DNA of 64,000 nucleotides from Auanema rhodensis (Eukaryota > Animalia > Nematoda): NCBI GenBank assembly GCA_964057225.1, contig OZ059900.1:20088001-20152000 (forward strand), in the 5' to 3' direction. Positions 1 to 13,200 of this stretch are shown here, one piece after another. Made by a program: the position numbers and the translations under genes. The notes beneath the pieces are model-generated. The model did not search any database. It saw only the letters and a list, made by a program, of their open reading frames with translations, and had not been told where the DNA came from. Numbering within the stretch: the stretch's first letter is position 1; every line of letters starts with the position of its first letter.

Positions 1-342
1 ACAACGTCTAGTTCCACTTTCACGACAAAAAAACAGGGGTTAGAAAATTAAGGAAATTAGCATATTCTGAGGGCACGCCCCTTATGGCTAATATTGATTA
101 AATCGATTTTTGTTCATATGAGTCGTCAAATGCAACGAATTTCAGCGTGTTACATACTAAAATGAAGCATTTTACATGCTGAACACTAGAAAAATACAAA
201 AACACAGTATTTCCCATGAGAAATATTTTATTATGCTGGAAAACCAGTTTTTGGAAATTTCGCTGTAAACAAGGATTTGACTTACGATTTCATGTGTTCA
301 AACTCATGCAATGTCAATGAAACCTAGCTCAAAATTGTTCGT
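1..342. repeat. Representative monomer M1 (consensus except T275A)
   Basis: Hand count of the consensus: 59 C, 57 G, about 34% GC, 10 CpG, many A/T tracts. One ATCGAT (102-107) and one CATATG (115-120) per monomer. Confidence 0.97.
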
Positions 343-1710
343 ACAACGTCTAGTTCCACTTTCACGACAAAAAAACAGGGGTTAGAAAATTAAGGAAATT
401 AGCATATTCTGAGGGCACGCCCCTTATGGCTAATATTGATTAAATCGATTTTTGTTCATATGAGTCGTCAAATGCAACGAATTTCAGCGTGTTACATACT
501 AAAATGAAGCATTTTACATGCTGAACACTAGAAAAATACAAAAACACAGTATTTCCCATGAGAAATATTTTATTATGCTGGAAAACCAGTTTTTGGAAAT
601 TTCGCTGTAAACAAGGTTTTGACTTACGATTTCATGTGTTCAAACTCATGCAATGTCAATGAAACCTAGCTCAAAATTGTTCGTACAACGTCTAGTTCCA
701 CTTTCACGACAAAAAAACAGGGGTTAGAAAATTAAGGAAATTAGCATATTCTGAGGGCACGCCCCTTATGGCTAATATTGATTAAATCGATTTTTGTTCA
801 TATGAGTCGTCAAATGCAACGAATTTCAGCGTGTTACATACTAAAATGAAGCATTTTACATGCTGAACACTAGAAAAATACAAAAACACAGTATTTCCCA
901 TGAGAAATATTTTATTATGCTGGAAAACCAGTTTTTGGAAATTTCGCTGTAAACAAGGTTTTGACTTACGATTTCATGTGTTCAAACTCATGCAATGTCA
1001 ATGAAACCTAGCTCAAAATTGTTCGTACAACGTCTAGTTCCACTTTCACGACAAAAAAACAGGGGTTAGAAAATTAAGGAAATTAGCATATTCTGAGGGC
1101 ACGCCCCTTATGGCTAATATTGATTAAATCGATTTTTGTTCATATGAGTCGTCAAATGCAACGAATTTCAGCGTGTTACATACTAAAATGAAGCATTTTA
1201 CATGCTGAACACTAGAAAAATACAAAAACACAGTATTTCCCATGAGAAATATTTTATTATGCTGGAAAACCAGTTTTTGGAAATTTCGCTGTAAACAAGG
1301 TTTTGACTTACGATTTCATGTGTTCAAACTCATGCAATGTCAATGAAACCTAGCTCAAAATTGTTCGTACAACGTCTAGTTCCACTTTCACGACAAAAAA
1401 ACAGGGGTTAGAAAATTAAGGAAATTAGCATATTCTGAGGGCACGCCCCTTATGGCTAATATTGATTAAATCGATTTTTGTTCATATGAGTCGTCAAATG
1501 CAACGAATTTCAGCGTGTTACATACTAAAATGAATCATTTTACATGCTGAACACTAGAAAAATACAAAAACACAGTATTTCCCATGAGAAATATTTTATT
1601 ATGCTGGAAAACCAGTTTTTGGAAATTTCGCTGTAAACAAGGTTTTGACTTACGATTTCATGTGTTCAAACTCATGCAATGTCAATGAAACCTAGCTCAA
1701 AATTGTTCGT

Positions 1711-4700
1711 ACAACGTCTAGTTCCACTTTCACGACAAAAAAACAGGGGTTAGAAAATTAAGGAAATTAGCATATTCTGAGGGCACGCCCCTTATGGCTA
1801 ATATTGATTAAATCGATTTTTGTTCATATGAGTCGTCAAATGCAACGAATTTCAGCGTGTCACATACTAAAATGAAGCATTTTACATGCTGAACACTAGA
1901 AAAATACAAAAACACAGTATTTCCCATGAGAAATATTTTATTATGCTGGAAAACCAGTTTTTGGAAATTTCGCTGTAAACAAGGTTTTGACTTACGATTT
2001 CATGTGTTCAAACTCATGCAATGTCAATGAAACCTAGCTCAAAATTGTTCGTACAACGTCTAGTTCCACTTTCACGACAAAAAAACAGGGGTTAGAAAAT
2101 TAAGGAAATTAGCATATTCTGAGGGCACGCCCCTTATGGCTAATATTGATTAAATCGATTTTTGTTCATATGAGTCGTCAAATGCAACGAATTTCAGCGT
2201 GTTACATACTAAAATGAAGCATTTTACATGCTGAACACTAGAAAAATACAAAAACACAGTATTTCCCATGAGAAATATTTTATTATGCTGGAAAACCAGT
2301 TTTTGGAAATTTCGCTGTAAACAAGGTTTTGACTTACGATTTCATGTGTTCAAACTCATGCAATGTCAATGAAACCTAGCTCAAAATTGTTCGTACAACG
2401 TCTAGTTCCACTTTCACGACAAAAAAACAGGGGTTAGAAAATTAAGGAAATTAGCATATTCTGAGGGCACGCCCCTTATGGCTCATATTGATTAAATCGA
2501 TTTTTGTTCATATGAGTCGTCAAATGCAACGAATTTCAGCGTGTTACATACTAAAATGAAGCATTTCACATGCTGAACACTAGAAAAATACAAAAACACA
2601 GTATTTCCCATGAGAAATATTTTATTATGCTGGAAAACCAGTTTTTGGAAATTTCGCTGTAAACAAGGTTTTGACTTACGATTTCATGTGTTCAAACTCA
2701 TGCAATGTCAATGAAACCTAGCTCAAAATTGTTCGTACAACGTCTAGTTCCACTTTCACGACAAAAAAACAGGGGTTAGAAAATTAAGGAAATTAGCATA
2801 TTCTGAGGGCACGCCCCTTATGGCTAATATTGATTAAATCGATTTTTGTTCATATGAGTCGTCAAATGCAACGAATTTCAGCGTGTTACATACTAAAATG
2901 AAGCATTTTACATGCTGAACACTAGAAAAATACAAAAACACAGTATTTCCCATGAGAAATATTTTATTATGCTGGAAAACCAGTTTTTGGAAATTTCGCT
3001 GTAAACAAGGTTTTGACTTACGATTTCATGTGTTCAAACTCATGCAATGTCAATGAAACCTAGCTCAAAATTGTTCGTACAACGTCTAGTTCCACTTTCA
3101 CGACAAAAAAACAGGGGTTAGAAAATTAAGGAAATTAGCATATTCTGAGGGCACGCCCCTTATGGCTAATATTGATTAAATCGATTTTTGTTCATATGAG
3201 TCGTCAAATGCAACGAATTTCAGCGTGTTACATACTAAAATGAAGCATTTTACATGCTGAACACTAGAAAAATACAAAAACACAGTATTTCCCATGAGAA
3301 ATATTTTATTATGCTGGAAAACCAGTTTTTGGAAATTTCGCTGTAAACAAGGTTTTGACTTACGATTTCATGTGTTCAAACTCATGCAATGTCAATGAAA
3401 CCTAGCTCAAAATTGTTCGTACAACGTCTAGTTCCACTTTCACGACAAAAAAACAGGGGTTAGAAAATTAAGGAAATTAGCATATTCTGAGGGCACGCCC
3501 CTTATGGCTAATATTGATTAAATCGATTTTTGTTCATATGAGTCGTCAAATGCAACGAATTTCAGCGTGTTACATACTAAAATGAAGCATTTTACATGCT
3601 GAACACTAGAAAAATACAAAAACACAGTATTTCCCATGAGAAATATTTTATTAAGCTGGAAAACCAGTTTTTGGAAATTTCGCTGTAAACAAGGTTTTGA
3701 CTTACGATTTCATGTGTTCAAACTCATGCAATGTCAATGAAACCTAGCTCAAAATTGTTCGTACAACGTCTAGTTCCACTTTCACGACAGAAAAACAGGG
3801 GTTAGAAAATTAGGGAAATTAGCATATTCTGAGGGCACGCCCCTTATGGCTAATATTGATTAAATCGATTTTTGTTCATATGAGTCGTCAAATGCAACGA
3901 ATTTCAGCGTGTTACATACTAAAATGAAGCATTTTACATGCTGAACACTAGAAAAATACAAAAACACAGTATTTCCCATGAGAAATATTTTATTATGCTG
4001 GAAAACCAGTTTTTGGAAATTTCGCTGTAAACAAGGTTTTGACTTACGATTTCATGTGTTCAAACTCATGCAATGTCAATGAAACCTAGCTCAAAATTGT
4101 TCGTACAACGTCTAGTTCCACTTTCACGACAAAAAAACAGGGGTTAGAAAATTAAGGAAATTAGCATATTCTGAGGGCACGCCCCTTATGGCTAATATTG
4201 ATTAAATCGATTTTTGTTCATATGAGTCGTCAAATGCAACGAATTTCAGCGTGTCACATACTAAAATGAAGCATTTTACATGCTGAACACTAGAAAAATA
4301 CAAAAACACAGTATTTCCCATGAGAAATATTTTATTATGCTGGAAAACCAGTTTTTGGAAATTTCGCTGTAAACAAGGTTTTGACTTACGATTTCATGTG
4401 TTCAAACTCATGCAATGTCAATGAAACCTAGCTCAAAATTGTTCGTACAACGTCTAGTTCCACTTTCACGACAAAAAAACAGGGGTTAGAAAATTAAGGA
4501 AATTAGCATATTCTGAGGGCACGCCCCTTATGGCTAATATTGATTAAATCGATTTTTGTTCATATGAGTCGTCAAATGCAACGAATTTCAGCGTGTTACA
4601 TACTAAAATGAAGCATTTTACATGCTGAACACTAGAAAAATACAAAAACACAGTATTTCCCATGAGAAATATTTTATTATGCTGGAAAACCAGTTTTTGG

Positions 4701-6498
4701 AAATTTCGCTGTAAACAAGGTTTTGACTTACGATTTCATGTGTTCAAACTCATGCAATGTCAATGAAACCTAGCTCAAAATTGTTCGTACAACGTCTAGT
4801 TCCACTTTCACGACAAAAAAACAGGGGTTAGAAAATTAAGGAAATTAGCATATTCTGAGGGCACGCCCCTTATGGCTCATATTGATTAAATCGATTTTTG
4901 TTCATATGAGTCGTCAAATGCAACGAATTTCAGCGTGTTACATACTAAAATGAAGCATTTCACATGCTGAACACTAGAAAAATACAAAAACACAGTATTT
5001 CCCATGAGAAATATTTTATTATGCTGGAAAACCAGTTTTTGGAAATTTCGCTGTAAACAAGGTTTTGACTTACGATTTCATGTGTTCAAACTCATGCAAT
5101 GTCAATGAAACCTAGCTCAAAATTGTTCGTACAACGTCTAGTTCCACTTTCACGACAAAAAAACAGGGGTTAGAAAATTAAGGAAATTAGCATATTCTGA
5201 GGGCACGCCCCTTATGGCTAATATTGATTAAATCGATTTTTGTTCATATGAGTCGTCAAATGCAACGAATTTCAGCGTGTTACATACTAAAATGAAGCAT
5301 TTTACATGCTGAACACTAGAAAAATACAAAAACACAGTATTTCCCATGAGAAATATTTTATTATGCTGGAAAACCAGTTTTTGGAAATTTCGCTGTAAAC
5401 AAGGTTTTGACTTACGATTTCATGTGTTCAAACTCATGCAATGTCAATGAAACCTAGCTCAAAATTGTTCGTACAACGTCTAGTTCCACTTTCACGACAA
5501 AAAAACAGGGGTTAGAAAATTAAGGAAATTAGCATATTCTGAGGGCACGCCCCTTATGGCTAATATTGATTAAATCGATTTTTGTTCATATGAGTCGTCA
5601 AATGCAACGAATTTCAGCGTGTTACATACTAAAATGAAGCATTTTACATGCTGAACACTAGAAAAATACAAAAACACAGTATTTCCCATGAGAAATATTT
5701 TATTATGCTGGAAAACCAGTTTTTGGAAATTTCGCTGTAAACAAGGTTTTGACTTACGATTTCATGTGTTCAAACTCATGCAATGTCAATGAAACCTAGC
5801 TCAAAATTGTTCGTACAACGTCTAGTTCCACTTTCACGACAAAAAAACAGGGGTTAGAAAATTAAGGAAATTAGCATATTCTGAGGGCACGCCCCTTATG
5901 GCTAATATTGATTAAATCGATTTTTGTTCATATGAGTCGTCAAATGCAACGAATTTCAGCGTGTTACATACTAAAATGAAGCATTTTACATGCTGAACAC
6001 TAGAAAAATACAAAAACACAGTATTTCCCATGAGAAATATTTTATTAAGCTGGAAAACCAGTTTTTGGAAATTTCGCTGTAAACAAGGTTTTGACTTACG
6101 ATTTCATGTGTTCAAACTCATGCAATGTCAATGAAACCTAGCTCAAAATTGTTCGTACAACGTCTAGTTCCACTTTCACGACAGAAAAACAGGGGTTAGA
6201 AAATTAGGGAAATTAGCATATTCTGAGGGCACGCCCCTTATGGCTAATATTGATTAAATCGATTTTTGTTCATATGAGTCGTCAAATGCAACGAATTTCA
6301 GCGTGTTACATACTAAAATGAAGCATTTTACATGCTGAACACTAGAAAAATACAAAAACACAGTATTTCCCATGAGAAATATTTTATTATGCTGGAAAAC
6401 CAGTTTTTGGAAATTTCGCTGTAAACAAGGTTTTGACTTACGATTTCATGTGTTCAAACTCATGCAATGTCAATGAAACCTAGCTCAAAATTGTTTGT
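1711..6498. repeat. 7-monomer (2394-bp) tandem block duplication, M6-M12 = M13-M19
   Basis: Variants recur at +2394: T151C (1861/4255), A90C and T173C (2484, 2567 / 4878, 4961), T234A (3654/6048), A28G and A51G (3790, 3813 / 6184, 6207). Boundaries are approximate. Confidence 0.9.
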
Positions 6499-7182
6499 AC
6501 AACGTCTAGTTCCACTTTCACGACAAAAAAACAGGGGTTAGAAAATTAAGGAAATTAGCATATTCTGAGGGCACGCCCCTTATGGCTAATATTGATTAAA
6601 TCGATTTTTGTTCATATGAGTCGTCAAATGCAACGAATTTCAGCGTGTTACATACTAAAATGAAGCATTTTACATGCTGAACACTAGAAAAATACAAAAA
6701 CACAGTATTTCCCATGAGAAATATTTTATTATGCTGGAAAACCAGTTTTTGGAAATTTCGCTGTAAACAAGGTTTTGACTTACGATTTCATGTGTTCAAA
6801 CTCATGCAATGTCAATGAAACCTAGCTCAAAATTGTTCGTACAACGTCTAGTTCCACTTTCACGACAGAAAAACAGGGGTTAGAAAATTAGGGAAATTAG
6901 CATATTCTGAGGGCACGCCCCTTATGGCTAATATTGATTAAATCGATTTTTGTTCATATGAGTCGTCAAATGCAACGAATTTCAGCGTGTTACATACTAA
7001 AATGAAGCATTTTACATGCTGAACACTAGAAAAATACAAAAACACAGTATTTCCCATGAGAAATATTTTATTATGCTGGAAAACCAGTTTTTGGAAATTT
7101 CGCTGTAAACAAGGTTTTGACTTACGATTTCATGTGTTCAAACTCATGCAATGTCAATGAAACCTAGCTCAAAATTGTTCGT

Positions 7183-7355
7183 ACAACGTCTAGTTCCACT
7201 TTCACGACAAAAAAACAGGGGTTAGAAAATTAAGGAAATTAGCATATTCTGAGGGCACGCCCCTTATGGCTAATATTGATTAAATCGATTTTTGTTACGA
7301 TTTCATGTGTTCAAACTCATGCAATGTCAATGAAACCTAGCTCAAAATTGTTCGT
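7183..7355. repeat. Truncated 173-bp monomer M22 with a 169-bp internal deletion
   Basis: Junction CGATTTTTGTT|ACGATTTCATG at 7296/7297 joins monomer position 114 to 284, with a 2-bp TT microhomology. Confidence 0.97.
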
Positions 7356-7663
7356 ACAACGTCTAGTTCCACTTTCACGACAGAAAAACAGGGGTTAGAA
7401 AATTAGGGAAATTAGCATATTCTGAGGGCACGCCCCTTATGGCTAATATTGATTAAATCGATTTTTGTTCATATGAGTCGTCAAATGCAACGAATTTCAG
7501 CGTGTTACATACTAAAATGAAGCATTTTACATGCTGAACACTAGAAAAATACAAAAACACAGTATTTCCCATGAGAAATATTTTATTATGCTGGAAAACC
7601 AGTTTTTGGAAATTTCGCTGTAAACAAGGTTTTGACTTACGATTTCATGTGTTCAAACTCATG

Positions 7664-10250
7664 AAATGTCAATGAAACTTAGCTCAAAAATGTTCGTACA
7701 ACGTCTAGTTCCACTTTCACGACAAAAAAACAGGGGTTAGAAAATTAAGGAAATTAGCATATTCTGAGGGCACGCCCCTTATGGCTAATATTGATTAAAT
7801 CGATTTTTGTTCATATGAGTCGTCAAATGCAACGAATTTCAGCGTGTTACATACTAAAATGAAGCATTTTACATGCTGAACACTAGAAAAATACAAAAAC
7901 ACAGTATTTCCCATGAGAAATATTTTATTATGCTGGAAAACCAGTTTTTGGAAATTTCGCTGTAAACAAGGTTTTGACTTACGATTTAATGTGTTCAAAC
8001 TCATGCAATGTCAATGAAACCTAGCTCAAAATTGTTCGTACAACGTCTAGTTCCACTTTCACGACAAAAAAACAGGGGTTAGAAAATTAAGGAAATTAGC
8101 ATATTCTGAGGGCACGCCCCTTATGGCTAATATTGATTAAATCGATTTTTGTTCATATGAGTCGTCAAATGCAACGAATTTCAGCGTCTTACATACTAAA
8201 ATGAAGCATTTTACATGCTGAACACTAGAAAAATACAAAAACACAGTATTTCCCATGAGAAATATTTTATTATGCTGGAAAACCAGTTTTTGGAAATTTC
8301 GCTGTAAACAAGGTTTTGACTTACGATTTCATGTGTTCAAACTCATGCAATGTCAATGAAACCTAGCCCAAAATTGTTCGTACAACGTCTAGTTCCACTT
8401 TCACGACAAAAAAACAGGGGTTAGAAAATTAAGGAAATTAGCATATTCTGAGGGCACGCCCCTTATGGCTAATATTGATTAAATCGATTTTTGTTCATAT
8501 GAGTCGTCAAATGCAACGAATTTCTGCGTGTTACATACTAAAATGAAGCATTTTACATGCTGAACACTAGAAAAATACAAAAACACAGTATTTCCCATGA
8601 GAAATATTTTATTAAGCTGGAAAACCAGTTTTTGGAAATTTCGCTGTAAACAAGGTTTTGACTTACGATTTCATGTGTTCAAACTCATGCAATGTCAATG
8701 AAACCTAGCTCAAAATTGTTCGTACAACGTCTAGTTCCACTTTCACGACAAAAAAACAGGGGTTAGAAAATTAGGGAAATTAGCATATTCTGAGGGCACG
8801 CCCCTTATGGCTAATATTGATTAAATCGATTTTTGTTCATATGAGTCGTCAAATGCAACGAATTTCAGCGTGTTACATACTGAAATGAAGCATTTTACAT
8901 GCTGAACACTAGAAAAATACAAAAACACAGTATTTCCCATGAGAAATATTTTATTATGCTGGAAAACCAGTTTTTGGAAATTTCGCTGTAAACAAGGTTT
9001 TGACTTACGATTTCATGTGTTCAAACTCATGAAATGTCAATGAAACTTAGCTCAAAAATGTTCGTACAACGTCTAGTTCCACTTTCACGACAAAAAAACA
9101 GGGGTTAGAAAATTAAGGAAATTAGCATATTCTGAGGGCACGCCCCTTATGGCTAATATTGATTAAATCGATTTTTGTTCATATGAGTCGTCAAATGCAA
9201 CGAATTTCAGCGTGTTACATACTAAAATGAAGCATTTTACATGCTGAACACTAGAAAAATACAAAAACACAGTATTTCCCATGAGAAATATTTTATTATG
9301 CTGGAAAACCAGTTTTTGGAAATTTCGCTGTAAACAAGGTTTTGACTTACGATTTAATGTGTTCAAACTCATGCAATGTCAATGAAACCTAGCTCAAAAT
9401 TGTTCGTACAACGTCTAGTTCCACTTTCACGACAAAAAAACAGGGGTTAGAAAATTAAGGAAATTAGCATATTCTGAGGGCACGCCCCTTATGGCTAATA
9501 TTGATTAAATCGATTTTTGTTCATATGAGTCGTCAAATGCAACGAATTTCAGCGTCTTACATACTAAAATGAAGCATTTTACATGCTGAACACTAGAAAA
9601 ATACAAAAACACAGTATTTCCCATGAGAAATATTTTATTATGCTGGAAAACCAGTTTTTGGAAATTTCGCTGTAAACAAGGTTTTGACTTACGATTTCAT
9701 GTGTTCAAACTCATGCAATGTCAATGAAACCTAGCCCAAAATTGTTCGTACAACGTCTAGTTCCACTTTCACGACAAAAAAACAGGGGTTAGAAAATTAA
9801 GGAAATTAGCATATTCTGAGGGCACGCCCCTTATGGCTAATATTGATTAAATCGATTTTTGTTCATATGAGTCGTCAAATGCAACGAATTTCTGCGTGTT
9901 ACATACTAAAATGAAGCATTTTACATGCTGAACACTAGAAAAATACAAAAACACAGTATTTCCCATGAGAAATATTTTATTAAGCTGGAAAACCAGTTTT
10001 TGGAAATTTCGCTGTAAACAAGGTTTTGACTTACGATTTCATGTGTTCAAACTCATGCAATGTCAATGAAACCTAGCTCAAAATTGTTCGTACAACGTCT
10101 AGTTCCACTTTCACGACAAAAAAACAGGGGTTAGAAAATTAGGGAAATTAGCATATTCTGAGGGCACGCCCCTTATGGCTAATATTGATTAAATCGATTT
10201 TTGTTCATATGAGTCGTCAAATGCAACGAATTTCAGCGTGTTACATACTG
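7664..10250. repeat. 4-monomer (1368-bp) tandem block duplication
   Basis: Variants recur at +1368: C309A (7664/9032), C291A (7988/9356), G149C (8188/9556), T329C (8368/9736), A144T (8525/9893), A159G (8882/10250). Coordinates span the outermost markers. Confidence 0.92.
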
Positions 10251-13200
10251 AAATGAAGCATTTTACATGCTGAACACTAGAAAAATACAAAAACACAGTA
10301 TTTCCCATGAGAAATATTTTATTATGCTGGAAAACCAGTTTTTGGAAATTTCGCTGTAAACAAGGTTTTGACTTACGATTTCATGTGTTCAAACTCATGC
10401 AATGTCAATGAAACCTAGCTCAAAATTGTTCGTACAACGTCTAGTTCCACTTTCACGACAAAAAAACAGGGGTTAGAAAATTAAGGAAATTAGCATATTC
10501 TGAGGGCACGCCCCTTATGGCTAATATTGATTAAATCGATTTTTGTTCATATGAGTCGTCAAATGCAACGAATTTCAGCGTGTTACATACTAAAATGAAG
10601 CATTTTACATGCTGAACACTAGAAAAATACAAAAACACAGTATTTCCCATGAGAAATATTTTATTATGCTGGAAAACCAGTTTTTGGAAAATTCGCTGTA
10701 AACAAGGTTTTGACTTACGATTTCATGTGTTCAAACTCATGCAATGTCAATGAAACCTAGCTCAAAATTGTTCGTACAACGTCTAGTTCCACTTTCACGA
10801 CAAAAAAACAGGGGTTAGAAAATTAAGGAAATTAGCATATTCTGAGGGCACGCCCCTTATGGCTAATATTGATTAAATCGATTTTTGTTCATATGAGTCG
10901 TCAAATGCAACGAATTTCAGCGTGTTACATACTAAAATGAAACATTTTACATGCTGAACACTAGAAAAATACAAAAGCACAGTATTTCCCATGAGAAATA
11001 TTTTATTAAGCTGGAAAACCAGTTTTTGGAAATTTCGCTGTAAACAAGGTTTTGACTTACGATTTCATGTGTTCAAACTCATGCAATGTCAATGAAACCT
11101 AGCTCAAAATTGTTCGTACAACGTCTAGTTCCACTTTCACGACAAAAAAACAGGGGTTAGAAAATTAGGGAAATTAGCATATTCTGAGGGCACGCCCCTT
11201 ATGGCTAATATTGATTAAATCGATTTTTGTTCATATGAGTCGTCAAATGCAACGAATTTCAGCGTGTTACATACTAAAATGAAACATTTTACATGCTGAA
11301 CACTAGAAAAATACAAAAGCACAGTATTTCCCATGAGAAATATTTTATTAAGCTGGAAAACCAGTTTTTGGAAATTTCGCTGTAAACAAGGTTTTGACTT
11401 ACGATTTCATGTGTTCAAACTCATGCAATGTCAATGAAACCTAGCTCAAAATTGTTCGTACAACGTCTAGTTCCACTTTCACGACAAAAAAACAGGGGTT
11501 AGAAAATTAGGGAAATTAGCATATTCTGAGGGCACGCCCCTTATGGCTAATATTGATTAAATCGATTTTTGGTCATATGAGTCGTCAAATGCAACGAATT
11601 TCAGCGTGTTACATACTAAAATGAAGCATTTTACATGCTGAACACTAGAAAAATACAAAAACACAGTATTTCCCATGAGAAATATTTTATTATGCTGGAA
11701 AACCAGTTTTTGGAAATTTCGCTGTAAACAAGGTTTTGACTTACGATTTCATGTGTTCAAACTCATGCAATGTCAATGAAACCTAGCTCAAAATTGTTCG
11801 TACAACGTCTAGTTCCACTTTCACGACAAAAAAACAGGGGTTAGAAAATTAAGGAAATTAGCATATTCTGAGGGCACGCCCCTTATGGCTAATATTGATT
11901 AAATCGATTTTTGTTCATATGAGTCGTCAAATGCAACGAATTTCAGCGTGTTACATACTAAAATGAAGCATTTTACATGCTGAACACTAGAAAAATACAA
12001 AAACACAGTATTTCCCATGAGAAATATTTTATTAAGCTGGAAAACCAGTTTTTGGAAATTTCGCTGTAAACAAGGTTTTGACTTACGATTTCATGTGTTC
12101 AAACTCATGCAATGTCAATGAAACCTAGCTCAAAATTGTTCGTACAACGTCTAGTTCCACTTTCACGACAGAAAAACAGGGGTTAGAAAATTAGGGAAAT
12201 TAGCATATTCTGAGGGCACGCCCCTTATGGCTAATATTGATTAAATCGATTTTTGTTCATATGAGTCGTCAAATGCAACGAATTTCAGCGTGTTACATAC
12301 TAAAATGAAGCATTTTACATGCTGAACACTAGAAAAATACAAAAACACAGTATTTCCCATGAGAAATATTTTATTATGCTGGAAAACCAGTTTTTGGAAA
12401 TTTCGCTGTAAACAAGGTTTTGACTTACGATTTCATGTGTTCAAACTCATGCAATGTCAATGAAACCTAGCTCAAAATTGTTTGTACAACGTCTAGTTCC
12501 ACTTTCACGACAAAAAAACAGGGGTTAGAAAATTAAGGAAATTAGCATATTCTGAGGGCACGCCCCTTATGGCTAATATTGATTAAATCGATTTTTGTTC
12601 ATATGAGTCGTCAAATGCAACGAATTTCAGCGTGTTACATACTAAAATGAAGCATTTTACATGCTGAACACTAGAAAAATACAAAAACACAGTATTTCCC
12701 ATGAGAAATATTTTATTATGCTGGAAAACCAGTTTTTGGAAATTTCGCTGTAAACAAGGTTTTGACTTACGATTTCATGTGTTCAAACTCATGCAATGTC
12801 AATGAAACCTAGCTCAAAATTGTTCGTACAACGTCTAGTTCCACTTTCACGACAGAAAAACAGGGGTTAGAAAATTAGGGAAATTAGCATATTCTGAGGG
12901 CACGCCCCTTATGGCTAATATTGATTAAATCGATTTTTGTTCATATGAGTCGTCAAATGCAACGAATTTCAGCGTGTTACATACTAAAATGAAGCATTTT
13001 ACATGCTGAACACTAGAAAAATACAAAAACACAGTATTTCCCATGAGAAATATTTTATTATGCTGGAAAACCAGTTTTTGGAAATTTCGCTGTAAACAAG
13101 GTTTTGACTTACGATTTCATGTGTTCAAACTCATGCAATGTCAATGAAACCTAGCTCAAAATTGTTCGTACAACGTCTAGTTCCACTTTCACGACAAAAA

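Noticed and set aside
124-140. CENP-B box-like motif on the minus strand (ATTCGTTGCATTTGACG)
   Set aside because: It matches TTCG and A but lacks the essential CGGG (6 of 9 key positions), which is compatible with chance.
1-342. Tandem 5S rRNA, tRNA or snRNA gene unit; MITE
   Set aside because: By eye there is no recognisable conserved RNA sequence, cloverleaf, terminal inverted repeat or target-site duplication. An Rfam search would be the formal test.
1-342. Primate alpha-satellite dimer (about 340 bp) or another named satellite
   Set aside because: Only the length is similar. I recognise no sequence similarity, so no family is assigned.
3798-3815. Telomere-like GGGGTTAG and TTAGGG (created by A51G)
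   Set aside because: These are isolated hexamers, not tandem, and there are too few G-tracts for a G-quadruplex.
7795-8004. 69-aa minus-strand ORF
   Set aside because: It exists only because C291A (7988) changes the consensus TGA at codon 6 to TTA. It lies inside a satellite monomer and has no recognisable protein features.
9163-9372. Identical second 69-aa ORF
   Set aside because: It is a copy made by the 1368-bp duplication, not independent evidence of coding.
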